NCBI RefSeq assembly: GCF_021246445.1
Contig: NZ_JAJQXW010000001.1
Coordinates: forward strand, 682,001-746,000
From: Rhabdothermincola salaria
GTDB taxonomy: Bacteria > Actinomycetota > Acidimicrobiia > Acidimicrobiales > Acidimicrobilacustridaceae
Direction of reading: 5' to 3'
DNA length: 64,000 nucleotides
Part shown: piece by piece, positions 45,534-55,995 of the stretch
Position numbering within the stretch: the stretch's first letter is position 1
How the letters are laid out: every line of letters begins with the position of its first letter
Notes under the pieces: generated by a model
What the model saw: the letters and a program-made list of their open reading frames with translations, nothing else
What the model was told of the DNA's origin: nothing
The model's database searches: none
Position numbers and translations under genes: made by a program

Positions 45534-47984
45534 ATGAACGCTGCCGCTCCCGACGCCGACGGGCACGTCGACGCATGGGTCGTCACCTTCTCGGGGCACC
45601 GACCGGACGACGTCGGGCTCCGAGAGGCCCTGTGCACCCTCGGCAACGGGTACTTCGCCACCAGAGGGGCCCTGCCGGAGTCCGCCTCCGACGGCACCCA
45701 CCACCCCGGCACCTACGTGGCCGGGGTGTACAACCGGCTGGTCACCGAGGTCGAGGGCCATCGGGTCGAGAACGAGAGCCTCGTCAACGTCCCCAACTGG
45801 CTGGCGCTGCGGTTCCGGGCCGCCGACGGACCCTGGTTCGGCTGCGACACCTGTGACGTCCTCGATCACCACCTCGAGCTCGAGCTCGACCGCGGGGCGC
45901 TGATCCGGCGGAGCCGGTTGCGAGACGACCAGGGGCGGATCGTCAGCGTCACCCAGCGGCGCTTCGTGAGCATGCGCCACCCGCACCTCGCCGGGCTCGA
46001 GACCACCCTCGTCGCCGAGAACTGGTCCGGTGCGCTCGAGGTGGTCTCGGCCCTCGACGGCACCGTTCGCAACGACGGCGTGGACCGCTACGCGGGGCTC
46101 GACGACCGCCACCTCGTCCCCGTCGGGGAGCACCACCACCCGCCCGACGTGATCTGCCTGGTGGCCGAGACCAGCCAGTCCCGGGTGCGCATCGGCGAGG
46201 CCGCCCGCACGAGGATGCGGCTGGACGGCCAGCGGATCGAGCCCCAGATCCGGTTCCGTTCCCGACCGGGCCACGCCGCGTCGGAGACGACGGTGGCGCT
46301 CGAGGAGGGCCAGGAGCTCACCATCGAGAAGATGGTGGCGTTGTTCACCTCGCGCGACAAGGGCATCACCGAGCCGGCCGAGGAGGCGTGCGACTGGGTC
46401 ACGCACATCGCGGGCGACTTCGACGAGGCCTTCGCCCGCCACCTGGTGAGCTGGCAGCACGTCTGGGGCCGGTTCCGCACCGACCTCGGCGTCGACGGGG
46501 GGCTGGCCCGGGCGCTGCACCTCAACCAGTTCCACATCGCCCAGACGGCGTCGAACAACACCGTCGACCTCGACGTCGGCGTGCCGGCCCGCGGCCTGCA
46601 CGGCGAGGCCTACCGGGGGCACATCTTCTGGGACGAGCTGTTCATCCTGCCCTACCTCAACGTCCGCCTCCCGCAGGTGTCGAGGTCGTTGCTGCGCTAT
46701 CGCTACCGGCGCCTCGAACAGGCCCGCCGGGCCGCTCGCGACGCGGGGTACGCCGGCGCCATGTACCCGTGGCAGAGCGCCAGCAACGGCCGCGAGGAGA
46801 CCCAGACCCGGCACCTCAACCCGGAGTCCGGGAGGTGGCTGCCCGACGCCAGCCATCTGCAACGCCACGTCAACGCCGCCGTCGCCTACAACGTGTGGAA
46901 CTACGTCCAGGCCACCGGCGACGACCAGTTCCTCCGCTTGTACGGCGGGGAGATGATCCTCGAGATCGCCCGGTTCTGGTCGAGCATCGCCACCTACGAC
47001 CACGCGCTCGACCGCTACGAGATCCTCGGGGTGATGGGCCCCGACGAGTACCACGAGGGCTATCCCGACCGCGAAGAACCCGGTCTCGACAACAACGCCT
47101 ACACGAACGTCATGGCGGTGTGGTGCCTGTGCCGGGCCCTCGACGTGTTGGACGCACTCCCGCCGGTCTCGGCGACCGAGCTCCGCGAGCGCCTCCGACT
47201 CACCGGCGAGGAGGTGGCCCGCTGGACCGATCTCACCCGCAAGATGAAGGTCTGCTTCCACGACGGGGTCATCAGCCAGTTCGAGGGCTTCGGCGAGCTC
47301 GAGGAGCTGGACTGGGCCGACTACTGGGACCGCTACGGCGACATCCACCGCCTCGACCGCATCCTCGAAGCCGAGGGCGACACCGCGGACCGCTACAAGC
47401 TCACCAAGCAGGCGGACGTGATGATGCTCTTCTACCTGCTGTCGCCGAACGAGGTCCGCGACCTGCTGGCCCGGCTCGGCTACGACACCGACCCCGGGTT
47501 GCTGGCCCGCTGCCACGCCTACTACGAGGCCCGCACCGCCCACGGCTCCACCCTGAGCCGGGTGGTGAGCGCGTGGAGCAGCGCCCGCCTCGACAGCCAA
47601 CGATCGTGGGGGCTGTTCTGCGAGGCCCTGCACAGCGATCTTGACGACGTACAGGGCGGCACCACGGCCGAAGGCATCCACCTAGGCGCCATGGCCGGTG
47701 CCGTCGACCTGCTCCAGCGGTGCTACACGGGCCTCGAGACGACGGGCGACGCCCTCCGGCTCGCCCCGGCGATCCCGGCGGCGCTGGGGTCCCTCGCGTT
47801 CCCGGTGCGCTACCGCGGCCACCTGGTCCACCTGCACTGCACCCCGACGAGCGCCTCGGTGCGGGTCGATCCCGACGAAGGGGGCCCCATGACCGTCGAG
47901 GTCGCCGGCGAGACCCACGTGCTCGAGCCGGGCCAGGCGGTCGACGTCGAGCTCGACGGGGGCCACCTGCGGCCGATGGCCTGA
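45534..47984 (+). CDS. Glycoside hydrolase family 65 (disaccharide phosphorylase-like)
   Basis: LGNGYFATRG, GEAYRGHIFWDE, GPDEYHE, KQAD, HGSTLS and GIHLGAMAG. Confidence 0.93.
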   Translation: MNAAAPDADGHVDAWVVTFSGHRPDDVGLREALCTLGNGYFATRGALPESASDGTHHPGTYVAGVYNRLVTEVEGHRVENESLVNVPNWLALRFRAADGPWFGCDTCDVLDHHLELELDRGALIRRSRLRDDQGRIVSVTQRRFVSMRHPHLAGLETTLVAENWSGALEVVSALDGTVRNDGVDRYAGLDDRHLVPVGEHHHPPDVICLVAETSQSRVRIGEAARTRMRLDGQRIEPQIRFRSRPGHAASETTVALEEGQELTIEKMVALFTSRDKGITEPAEEACDWVTHIAGDFDEAFARHLVSWQHVWGRFRTDLGVDGGLARALHLNQFHIAQTASNNTVDLDVGVPARGLHGEAYRGHIFWDELFILPYLNVRLPQVSRSLLRYRYRRLEQARRAARDAGYAGAMYPWQSASNGREETQTRHLNPESGRWLPDASHLQRHVNAAVAYNVWNYVQATGDDQFLRLYGGEMILEIARFWSSIATYDHALDRYEILGVMGPDEYHEGYPDREEPGLDNNAYTNVMAVWCLCRALDVLDALPPVSATELRERLRLTGEEVARWTDLTRKMKVCFHDGVISQFEGFGELEELDWADYWDRYGDIHRLDRILEAEGDTADRYKLTKQADVMMLFYLLSPNEVRDLLARLGYDTDPGLLARCHAYYEARTAHGSTLSRVVSAWSSARLDSQRSWGLFCEALHSDLDDVQGGTTAEGIHLGAMAGAVDLLQRCYTGLETTGDALRLAPAIPAALGSLAFPVRYRGHLVHLHCTPTSASVRVDPDEGGPMTVEVAGETHVLEPGQAVDVELDGGHLRPMA

Positions 47985-48071
47985 TCCCGGCCCCTCGGTT
48001 CGCGCCGGCGAGCCCGGCCCTGTCGCGCTGACCGCCCCCGGCTCGCCGTCCGGGGCCGCCGACCCGGTGGG

Positions 48072-50165
48072 TCACAGCGAGGTCTGGACCCGACGCAGCA
48101 GCTGGGCGTTCAGGGCGACGACGATGGTGGACAGGCTCATGAGGATGGCGCCGACGGCGGGGGAGAGCGTCACCCCCACCCCGGCCAGCACCCCCGCCGC
48201 GAGGGGCAGGGCGACGATGTTGTAGCCGGCCGCCCAGGCCAGGTTCTGCACCATCTTGCGGTACGTCGCCCGGGACAGGCGGATCACGCCCGACACACCC
48301 CGGGGGTCGCTCGAGGCGAGCACGACCCCGGCGGACTCGATCGCCACGTCGGTGCCGGCTCCGATGGCCAGGCCCACGTCGGCCCGGGCCAGCGCCGGGG
48401 CGTCGTTGACCCCGTCGCCCACCATGGCCACCGAGAGGCCTTGGCCCTGCAGTTCGACGACGGCGCCGTCCTTGTCCTCGGGGAGCACCTCGGCGTAGAC
48501 GCGATCGACGCCGAGGTCGGCGGCGACGGCATCGGCCACCTGTTGCGCGTCACCCGTGATCATCACCACCTCCAGACCCTGCTGGCGGAGCTCGGCGACC
48601 GCCTCGCGGGCCTCGGGCCGAACCTCGTCCTCGAGGGCGAAGACCCCGAGGACCTCGTCGCCCGCCAACAGGTGCAGCACGGCCGCACCGCGTGCGGTCC
48701 ACTCGGCCACCGTGGCGTCCAGATCATCGGGGACCTCGGCCCCGGCCTCGCGCAGCAGGGTGGGCCCGCCCACGGCGTAGCGGGTGCCGTCGACGGTCGC
48801 CTCCACGCCCCGTCCGGCGTGGGACCGGAAGTCGGAGGCCTCGGGCACCGACCCGACCTCGGCGGCGCGCTCGGTGATGGCCCGGGCCAGAGGATGCTCG
48901 CTGTCGCGCTCCACCGCCCCGGCGAGGGCCAGCACCTCGTCCTCGGTGCGGCCCCTGGCGGCCGCCACCCCGGTGACGACGTGGGCGCCCTTGGTGAGGG
49001 TGCCGGTCTTGTCGAAGAGGACCGCGTCGATCGAGCGCATGCGCTCGAGGGCCAGGCGGTCCTTGATCAAGATCCCGGAGCGGGCCGAGACCGCGGTGGA
49101 GATGGCGATCACCAGGGGGATCGCCAGCCCGAGGGCGTGAGGGCAGGCGATCACCAGCACGGTGACGGTGCGCACCACGGCGTCGTCGGCGTCGCCCAGC
49201 GCCCACCAGGTGAGGAAGGTGACGACCGCGGTGCCGGTGGCCACGTAGAAGAGGAGGGCGGCGAAGCGGTCGGCCAACACCTGGGCCCGGCTGCTGGAGG
49301 TCTGCGCCTCGGAGACCATGCGTTCGATGCCGGCCAGGGCGGTGTCGTCGCCGACGGCGGTGACGCGCACCCGGAGGGCGGCACCGGTGGCGATGGTGCC
49401 GGCCACCACCCGATCGCCGGGCGCCTTGGTGACGGGTCGGGACTCGCCGGTGATCATCGACTCGTCGACCTCGGCCTCGCCGTCGACGATCTCACCGTCG
49501 ACCGGCACCCGTGCGCCGGAGCGTACGAGCACGACGTCGTCGAGGCGCAGCTCGTCCAGCACCACCGTCTCGGTGCCGCCGTCGTCGAGAAGGCGTTCGG
49601 CGTCGTCGGGGAGCAGCTCGGCCAGGGCGGTGAGGGCGCCGCGAGCCTGGCCGATGGCCTTCATCTCCTGCCAGTGGCCCAGCAACATGATGGTGACGAG
49701 GGCGGCCAGCTCCCACCAGAAGTCGAGGTCGAAGAGCCCGACGCTGGTGGCCATCGAGGCCACGTAGGCGACGGTGATGGCCATGCCGATGAGCAGCATC
49801 ATGCCGGGCTGTCGGTCGCGGATCTCGCGCCCGGCGCCCACCAGGAACGGCCAGCCGCCCCAGAAGAACACCACCGAGCCGAGCGTCGGCCCCACCCACG
49901 ACAGGCCGGGGAAGGACAGCTCGTAGCCGAACCAGTCCATCACCATCTGGCTGGTCACCACGAGGGGTGCGGTGAGCACCAGCGAGACCCAGAACCGTCG
50001 GCGGAACATCTCCGGGTCGTGCCCGGCGTGCTTGTCGTGCCCGCCGTGCTGGTCGTGGCCGCCGTGCCCGCGCTGCTCGTCCTGCGAGCGGTGAGCGGCG
50101 GACGGCGCCTCGTCGGCGTGCCCGGTCTCGTCGACGGCGTCCCCGACCTCTGCGCTGTGGTCCAT
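48072..50165 (-). CDS. Copper-translocating P1B-type ATPase (CopB-like, CPH motif)
   Basis: His-rich N-terminus, TGES, CPHALGL, DKTGT, SEHP, GDGVNDAP, YN and MSLST. Confidence 0.93.
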   Translation of the reverse strand: MDHSAEVGDAVDETGHADEAPSAAHRSQDEQRGHGGHDQHGGHDKHAGHDPEMFRRRFWVSLVLTAPLVVTSQMVMDWFGYELSFPGLSWVGPTLGSVVFFWGGWPFLVGAGREIRDRQPGMMLLIGMAITVAYVASMATSVGLFDLDFWWELAALVTIMLLGHWQEMKAIGQARGALTALAELLPDDAERLLDDGGTETVVLDELRLDDVVLVRSGARVPVDGEIVDGEAEVDESMITGESRPVTKAPGDRVVAGTIATGAALRVRVTAVGDDTALAGIERMVSEAQTSSSRAQVLADRFAALLFYVATGTAVVTFLTWWALGDADDAVVRTVTVLVIACPHALGLAIPLVIAISTAVSARSGILIKDRLALERMRSIDAVLFDKTGTLTKGAHVVTGVAAARGRTEDEVLALAGAVERDSEHPLARAITERAAEVGSVPEASDFRSHAGRGVEATVDGTRYAVGGPTLLREAGAEVPDDLDATVAEWTARGAAVLHLLAGDEVLGVFALEDEVRPEAREAVAELRQQGLEVVMITGDAQQVADAVAADLGVDRVYAEVLPEDKDGAVVELQGQGLSVAMVGDGVNDAPALARADVGLAIGAGTDVAIESAGVVLASSDPRGVSGVIRLSRATYRKMVQNLAWAAGYNIVALPLAAGVLAGVGVTLSPAVGAILMSLSTIVVALNAQLLRRVQTSL

Positions 50166-50321
50166 CGTGGGTCCCCTCCCGGACGGTGGTCCGCCGCACC
50201 CGACCGTAGAGCAGTGCTGCGGCCGCCGTTCGGCCATCGCCGAACCCGGACCCGGCGGGGCGATCGACGGCGTCGGCGGCGTTCGGGGGGCTCGTCTCGG
50301 GAGCACTACCGTCACCCGGCG

Positions 50322-50882
50322 ATGGGACCGATGTGGGCCGCCCTGGGGCTGGTGTTCGTGGCCGAGCTGGGCGACAAGACCCAGCTGGTCGCCATGGGCC
50401 TGGGGGCACGTCACCGGCTGGCTCCCGTGCTCGTCGGGGTGGCCCTGGCCTACGCCGTCACCAACCTGTTGTCGGTCGTCGTCGGCGGGGTCCTCGGCGT
50501 GGCCCTGCCCACCCGCGCCCTCGGCATCGGGGGCGGCGTGCTGTTCCTCGGCTTCGCGGCGTGGAACCTGCGCGACGGCGGTGACGACGACGAGGCCGAG
50601 GCGCTCGCCCGGCCCGGCCACCACGTGGTGGCCTCGGTGGCGCTGGCCATGTTCGTCGCCGAGCTGGGCGACAAGACCATGCTCGCCACCGCCACCCTGG
50701 CGGCCCAGGGCGACCCGGCGCTGGTGTGGATCGGCGCCACCGTCGGCATCATCCTCAGCGGCTTCGTCGGGGTGCTGGTCGGCCGGGCCACGGGCGCGAG
50801 GCTCCCGCAGCGCGCCATCCGCATCGGCTCCTCCGTGCTCTTCGCCGTCTTCGGCGTGGGGCTGATCGCCACCAGCCTCTGA
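50322..50882 (+). CDS. GDT1/TMEM165 (UPF0016) cation transporter
   Basis: Two AELGDKT motifs, about 6 TM helices. Confidence 0.92.
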   Translation: MGPMWAALGLVFVAELGDKTQLVAMGLGARHRLAPVLVGVALAYAVTNLLSVVVGGVLGVALPTRALGIGGGVLFLGFAAWNLRDGGDDDEAEALARPGHHVVASVALAMFVAELGDKTMLATATLAAQGDPALVWIGATVGIILSGFVGVLVGRATGARLPQRAIRIGSSVLFAVFGVGLIATSL

Positions 50883-50954
50883 ACCCACGGAGCTCTCGGC
50901 GACGCACGTGACGGGGCCCGCCCCGGCGGACGAGACCACCTAAGGTCGGCGACC

Positions 50955-52073
50955 ATGCTGAGCCGATTCGACGAGTTCCCGATCCACCAGGTCCCCCAGC
51001 CGTTGGCCGTACCGGCCACCTCGGACCGCAACGCCTACGACCGCTACTGGATGGGCGCCTCCCATCGTGAGGGCCGCTTCCAGGTCGAGATCGCCTTCGG
51101 GCGCTACCCCAACCTGGCCGTGCAGGACACGTCGCTGTCGATCTCGGTCGACGGGGCCCAGCACTCCTTCCACGGCTCGCGTCGCGCCCCCGGCGACCCG
51201 TCGGACATGACCGTGGGCCCGCTGCGCCTCGAGATCGTCGAGCCCTTCCGCCAGCTGCGGGTGGTGCTCGACGACAACGACACCGGCATCTCGGCCGACC
51301 TGCGGTGGCGGGCCCGCACCGGGGCGCTGCTCGAGGACCACACGGTGATGCAGGACGGCATCCACGTCATGGTCGACATGTCCCGCTTCGTGCAGTTCGG
51401 CACGTGGGAGGGCACCGTCACGGTCGACGGCACCACACACGAGCTGCGCCACGACGAGGTCGTCGGCGTGCGGGACCGCTCGTGGGGGGTGCGGCCCGTG
51501 GGGGCGTCGGCCCCGGGCAAGCCGTCGTCCGCGCCACCTCGGGCCTGGCTGTGGGCCCCGACCCACTTCGACGACGGGTGCGTCGTCGCCGGCTGGTTCC
51601 AGGTGCCCGGCGGGGAGTTCTGGCGCCCGGACGGCCACCGCATCGAGGTCAGCGACCCGGTGCCCGAGACCGTCTCGCTGCAGGACGACGCCGTGTCGCG
51701 CCTCGACCCGGTGGGCCAACGCCTCGAGTTCCAGAAGGGCACCCGCTGGGTGACGGGAGCCGAGATCGACCTCGTCGACGGCGACGGGGGCACCCACACC
51801 ATGGTGCTCGAGCCGCTGATGCGCTTCGACATGCGGGGCCTGGGCTACATGCATCCCGAGTGGGGCCACGGCATGTGGCACGGCGAGCTCGAGATCGCTC
51901 GCGAGGACTGGCGCTTCGACGAGGTGTCGGCGCAGGACTACACGCACCAGCACGTCCACCACGTGACCCGGGTCCGGATGGGCGATCGGGTGGGGGTCGG
52001 GGTGTTCGAGCAGATCATCTTCGGTCCCCACACCCAGTTCGGGTTCTCGGACATCCTCGACGGTGCCCGGTGA
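50955..52073 (+). CDS. Conserved-looking hypothetical beta-rich protein
   Basis: 372 aa, strong GC3 bias; FPIHQ, YDRYW, RDRSWGVRP and HPEWGHG. Confidence 0.8.
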   Translation: MLSRFDEFPIHQVPQPLAVPATSDRNAYDRYWMGASHREGRFQVEIAFGRYPNLAVQDTSLSISVDGAQHSFHGSRRAPGDPSDMTVGPLRLEIVEPFRQLRVVLDDNDTGISADLRWRARTGALLEDHTVMQDGIHVMVDMSRFVQFGTWEGTVTVDGTTHELRHDEVVGVRDRSWGVRPVGASAPGKPSSAPPRAWLWAPTHFDDGCVVAGWFQVPGGEFWRPDGHRIEVSDPVPETVSLQDDAVSRLDPVGQRLEFQKGTRWVTGAEIDLVDGDGGTHTMVLEPLMRFDMRGLGYMHPEWGHGMWHGELEIAREDWRFDEVSAQDYTHQHVHHVTRVRMGDRVGVGVFEQIIFGPHTQFGFSDILDGAR

Positions 52074-52101
52074 CCTGAGGCACCACCTCGGCGGGGATCA
52101 G

Positions 52102-52132
52102 TAGTGGGAATCGTTCCCGGTTCTGGTATGGT
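52102..52132 (+). promoter_or_regulatory. Putative Zur/Fur-type operator overlapping leaderless promoter
   Basis: TAGTGGGAATCGTTCCCGGTT (GGGAA-N3-TTCCC inverted repeat) just upstream of TATGGT (52127-52132), 6 nt before the ATG. Confidence 0.6.
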
Positions 52133-52138
52133 GCCGGC

Positions 52139-53371
52139 ATGCGCTTCTCGCCGACGCCACGCAGCCGCCCCACGACCCACGCCTCCCCCTCCCGGAAGGG
52201 GGGCCGCCGGCGTGCCCTCATCGGGCTGGGCGCCGCCACCGCACTGTTGGCCGCGGCCTGTGGGTCCGACGACGGCGGGGCGGCCGGCGCTGCCGACGGG
52301 GCCGGCGGCGGGGGCGGGGGCGTGACGGTCGTGGCGACCACGACGATGCTGGGCGACGTCACGGGCGCCATCGTCGAGTGCGCGGGCGGCCAGGTGACCA
52401 CGCTGATGAGCCCGGGCGTCGACCCCCACGACTTCGCGGCGTCGTCGGCCCAGGTGGCGGAGCTGGTGCGGGCCGACCTGGTGGTGGCCAACGGCCTCGG
52501 CCTGGAAGGGGCCCTGCAGAACGCCATGGAAGGGGCCGAGGCCGACGGCGCGACGGTCTTCGAGGTGGCCCCGCTCGTCGACCCCATCGCCTACGACGAC
52601 CACGATGATCACGCCGACGACCACTCCGACGACCACTCCGACGAGGTCGCGGCGGGCGACGAGCACGATGATCACGCCGACGACCACGCCGACGAGCACG
52701 CCGACGAGGTCGCGGCGGGCGACGAGCACGATGATCACGCCGACGACCACGCCGAAGGGGTCGCGGGCGACGACCACGGCGAGGAGGTGCCGGTGGCCGA
52801 CGACGACCACGGGGACGAGGGCGACCACGACCACGGGGACGAGGATCCCCACTTCTGGCAGGACGTGGCCCGCATGGCCACCGCGGTCGAGCTCATCGGG
52901 GCCGAGCTGGCCGAGGTCAGCAACGACCCGGAGGCCTTCGTGGCCTGCGGCGAGCAGGTGGCCGAGGACCTCCGGGCGCTCGACGCCGAGGTGAGGGCGC
53001 TGCTCGAGACGGTCCCCGAGGATCAGCGGGTGCTCATCACCGACCACGACGCGTTCGGCTACCTGGCGGACGCCTACGGCTTCGAGATCGCCGGCGTGGT
53101 GGTCCCCGGTGGCTCCACGCAGGCCGCAGCCTCCTCCCAGGAGCTGGCCGATCTGGTCGAGGTGGTCTCGGCCGAGGGTGTCTCGGCCATCTTCTCCAAC
53201 GCCACGCTCTCGTCGAGCCTGGTCGACGCGCTCAGCGCCGAGGTGGGTGACGACGTGGATGTGGTGGAGCTCTACGTCGACTCGCTGGGGCCCGAGGGTT
53301 CCGGCGCGGACACGTATGCGGGCATGATGCGCACCAACGCCGAGCGCATCGCTGCGGCCCTCGGAGGCTGA
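52139..53371 (+). CDS. Zn/Mn ABC transporter substrate-binding lipoprotein (ZnuA/AztC-like)
   Basis: Lipobox LAAAC, DPHDF, DPHFW, HDAFGYL and VDSLG; His/Asp-rich loop. Confidence 0.93.
   Translation: MRFSPTPRSRPTTHASPSRKGGRRRALIGLGAATALLAAACGSDDGGAAGAADGAGGGGGGVTVVATTTMLGDVTGAIVECAGGQVTTLMSPGVDPHDFAASSAQVAELVRADLVVANGLGLEGALQNAMEGAEADGATVFEVAPLVDPIAYDDHDDHADDHSDDHSDEVAAGDEHDDHADDHADEHADEVAAGDEHDDHADDHAEGVAGDDHGEEVPVADDDHGDEGDHDHGDEDPHFWQDVARMATAVELIGAELAEVSNDPEAFVACGEQVAEDLRALDAEVRALLETVPEDQRVLITDHDAFGYLADAYGFEIAGVVVPGGSTQAAASSQELADLVEVVSAEGVSAIFSNATLSSSLVDALSAEVGDDVDVVELYVDSLGPEGSGADTYAGMMRTNAERIAAALGG
52595..52770 (+). repeat. 63-bp tandem repeat encoding His/Asp-rich loop
   Basis: Units start at 52595, 52658 and 52721 (last partial): DDHDDHADDHSDDHSDEVAAG. 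Confidence 0.9.
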
Positions 53372-53393
53372 CGCCCGTGACCCCGCCCCACCC

Positions 53394-54236
53394 ATGATCG
53401 ACTGGCTGATCGAACCGTTCGAGCTCGGCTTCCAGCAGCGCGCCCTCATGGGGGGCGCGCTGGCGGGGGTCATCTCGGCGGTCGTGGGTACGTGGCTGGT
53501 GCTGCGGGGCATGAGCTTCTTCGGGGACGCGTTCGTCCACGGGGTCGTGCCCGGGATCGCGGCGGCCGTGGTGCTCGATGTGAACCCGGTGCTGGGTGCC
53601 GTGGTCGCGGCGGCCGTGATGGTGGCCGGCATCGAGCTGGTCAACCGCCAGACCGCCCTACGGGAGGACACCGCCATCGGGCTGTTGTTCGTGGGGATGC
53701 TGGCGCTCGGCGTGGTCATCATCTCCAGCTCCAACGCCTACACGGGCGACCTCACCGCCATCCTCTTCGGTGATGCGCTCGGGGTCACCACGGGCGACCT
53801 GGTGGGCCAGGCCATCGCCGGCGTGGTGGTGCTCGCCGTGTCGCTGGTCCTCTATCGGCCGTTGCTGGCGCTGTGCTTCGACGGCCGCAAGGCCGAGTTG
53901 CTGGGGCTGCATCCCCGACGCGCTCACGGCGTGCTGCTGGTCATGATCGCCGCCGCGGTGATCGCCAGCTACCAGTCGGTCGGCACGCTGCTGGTGTTCG
54001 GCCTGTTGATCGGCCCACCGGCCACCGCCGCCCTCGTGGCTCGCACCGTGCGGTCGATGATGGCGTTGGCCACCGCCATCGCCCTCGTCTCCGTCTGGTT
54101 CGGGCTGGTCCTCAGCTACCACCTGGGCACCGCCGGATCGGCGACGATGGCGCTCGTGCCGATCGTGGTCTTCTTCGTCACCCTCTTCGTCACCCGGGTG
54201 CGGGCGGCGTGGCAGCGCCGGTCGGTGCGGGCATGA
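53394..54236 (+). CDS. Metal ABC transporter permease (ZnuB/AztB-like)
   Basis: LRGMSFFGDAFVHG, REDTAIG, ILFGD and PPATA. Confidence 0.93.
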   Translation: MIDWLIEPFELGFQQRALMGGALAGVISAVVGTWLVLRGMSFFGDAFVHGVVPGIAAAVVLDVNPVLGAVVAAAVMVAGIELVNRQTALREDTAIGLLFVGMLALGVVIISSSNAYTGDLTAILFGDALGVTTGDLVGQAIAGVVVLAVSLVLYRPLLALCFDGRKAELLGLHPRRAHGVLLVMIAAAVIASYQSVGTLLVFGLLIGPPATAALVARTVRSMMALATAIALVSVWFGLVLSYHLGTAGSATMALVPIVVFFVTLFVTRVRAAWQRRSVRA

Positions 54237-55000
54237 GCGAGGCGGTGGCGAGAGCCCACGAGCTGGTCGTCGCTTTCGGGGCGACCCGGGTGGTGGAGCC
54301 CTCCAGCTTCGAGATCCCCGTCGGTGGGGTGACCGCGGTGATCGGTCCCAACGGCTCGGGGAAGTCCACGCTGCTGGGGGCCATGGTCGGGCTCGTCGAG
54401 CCGGCCGGGGGCACCCTCGAGGTGCTGGGCACTTCGCCGCACCGCGCCCGACGGCGGATCAGCTACGTGCTGCAGTCCACCGAGGTGGCCCCCGGCAACC
54501 CCATCACCGTCCTCGACACCGTGCGCATGGCCCGCTACCCGGGGCTGGGCCTGCTGGGACGGCTCTCCCGGCACGACCACGAGCGGGTGGCCCAGGCCAT
54601 GGAGCTGCTCGACATCACCCACCTGGCGCGCCGCCACCTCACCGAGCTGTCCGGTGGCCAGCGCCAACGGGTGTTCGTGGCCCAGGGCATCGCCCAGGAC
54701 CACGACGCGTTGTTGCTCGACGAGCCGCTCGTCGGGCTCGACCTGGTGTCAGCGCGCACCATCGACGGCATCATCCACTCGGCGCGCGACCGGGGCGCGT
54801 CGGTCGTCATCACCACCCACGACCTCGACGAGGCCCGCGCCGCCGACCACGTCGTGCTCATGAGCGGTCGCGTCGTGGCCTCCGGCCCTCCGGCCGAGGT
54901 CTGCACCCGACGCAACCTCGAGGTCGCCTACGGGCTGGGTGCGCTGCACCCCTCGGGCGACTTCCTCGACGACCACGCCCACGGGCCCCACGAGCACTGA
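54233..55000 (+). CDS. Metal ABC transporter ATP-binding protein (ZnuC/AztA-like)
   Basis: GPNGSGKST, LSGGQRQR, LLDEP and THD; His-rich C-terminus; ATGA overlap. Confidence 0.93.
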   Translation: MSEAVARAHELVVAFGATRVVEPSSFEIPVGGVTAVIGPNGSGKSTLLGAMVGLVEPAGGTLEVLGTSPHRARRRISYVLQSTEVAPGNPITVLDTVRMARYPGLGLLGRLSRHDHERVAQAMELLDITHLARRHLTELSGGQRQRVFVAQGIAQDHDALLLDEPLVGLDLVSARTIDGIIHSARDRGASVVITTHDLDEARAADHVVLMSGRVVASGPPAEVCTRRNLEVAYGLGALHPSGDFLDDHAHGPHEH

Positions 55001-55045
55001 GGCCTCGGCCACCGGCCGACAGCGTCGCCGCCGGGGTCACGTCGG

Positions 55046-55438
55046 TCACTCGGCGAAGGTCACGACCGCCTCGCCGGCCCGGATGGTGAGCATGGTGAGG
55101 CCCTCTGGGCCGCAGGTGATGCCGTAGCGGGTGTCGGCCGAGATCGAGACGCTGTCGCGAGGGCCCATCTCGGTGGGGGCGGCGCCCTCGGCGCCGTCGA
55201 CCGTGCAGGACCCGCCCAGCACCACGATGACCTCGCCGTGGGAGTGGGTGTGGGGCTCGATGCGGTAGTCGGCCGGCAGATCGCTGTACTGCACGAACAG
55301 GCCGGTCTCGCCCTCGGCGAGCATCTTGCGTCGGGCGCCGGCGGCCATGGCGGCCAGGGCCACCTCCCGGTCGACCTTGGCCCGGGCCAACTCGTCGATC
55401 CAGTCGGTGCTCTCGAAGTGGTGGTGCAGGAGCGTCAT
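55046..55438 (-). CDS. Cupin domain protein
   Basis: PHTHSHGEVIVVLGG cupin motif 1; RBS GGAGG. Confidence 0.8.
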   Translation of the reverse strand: MTLLHHHFESTDWIDELARAKVDREVALAAMAAGARRKMLAEGETGLFVQYSDLPADYRIEPHTHSHGEVIVVLGGSCTVDGAEGAAPTEMGPRDSVSISADTRYGITCGPEGLTMLTIRAGEAVVTFAE

Positions 55439-55479
55439 GGTTCCTCCGGGGAATCGGGGCGGCGGGCGCCTCGGTGGGC

Positions 55480-55995
55480 TCAGGTGCGGTCGCGCCGGTC
55501 CTGTTCGAAGACGGCGACCAGGTGGCGCAAGGCGGTGTCGATACGTTCGATCTCGTCGTCGTCGAGGCCGGCCAGGATGCGTTGGCGACCGACGGCGTAG
55601 GCGTCGGACGCCCGCTGGCACAGGCGGCGGCCTCGGGGGGTGAGGCGCACCAGCACGCCTCGACGGTCGGTGGGGTCGGGCCCACGGGACACCACGCCGC
55701 GCCGTTCGAGGCGGTCGATGGTCTTGGTCATCCCTCCGGTCGTGCGCACCAGGATGTCGGCCAGGCGCGTGGGGGTGAGCGCCGCCTTCGGCCCTTCGTA
55801 CTCCAGGACCCGCAACACCGAGTAGTCGGCGAACGTGATGGCGAGCGGGGCCAGGCACTCCTCTTGCAGGGCATCGAGGAAGAGCGCGCTGCGGGTGAGA
55901 TGGGTGAAAAGGCCCATCGGTCCCGCGCCCCACATCTCGGTCACCTCGGTGGCGGACGGGGGGGCGGTCTCAGCCGGAACGGGGTCGGTCGACAC
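55480..55995 (-). CDS. MarR family regulator
   Basis: LTPTRLA, GGMTKTIDRLE and DPTDRRGVLVRLT. Confidence 0.92.
   Translation of the reverse strand: MSTDPVPAETAPPSATEVTEMWGAGPMGLFTHLTRSALFLDALQEECLAPLAITFADYSVLRVLEYEGPKAALTPTRLADILVRTTGGMTKTIDRLERRGVVSRGPDPTDRRGVLVRLTPRGRRLCQRASDAYAVGRQRILAGLDDDEIERIDTALRHLVAVFEQDRRDRT

Noticed and set aside
50166..50321. yybP-ykoY Mn riboswitch upstream of GDT1
   Set aside because: I could not identify the conserved motif, and the gene appears leaderless (TACCGT 9 nt before the ATG).
55480..55995. MarR as a urate-responsive UrtR/PecS-type regulator
   Set aside because: An N-terminal Trp is present, but the Asp/Arg residues of the urate-binding signature are not evident (DYSVL, TKTID).
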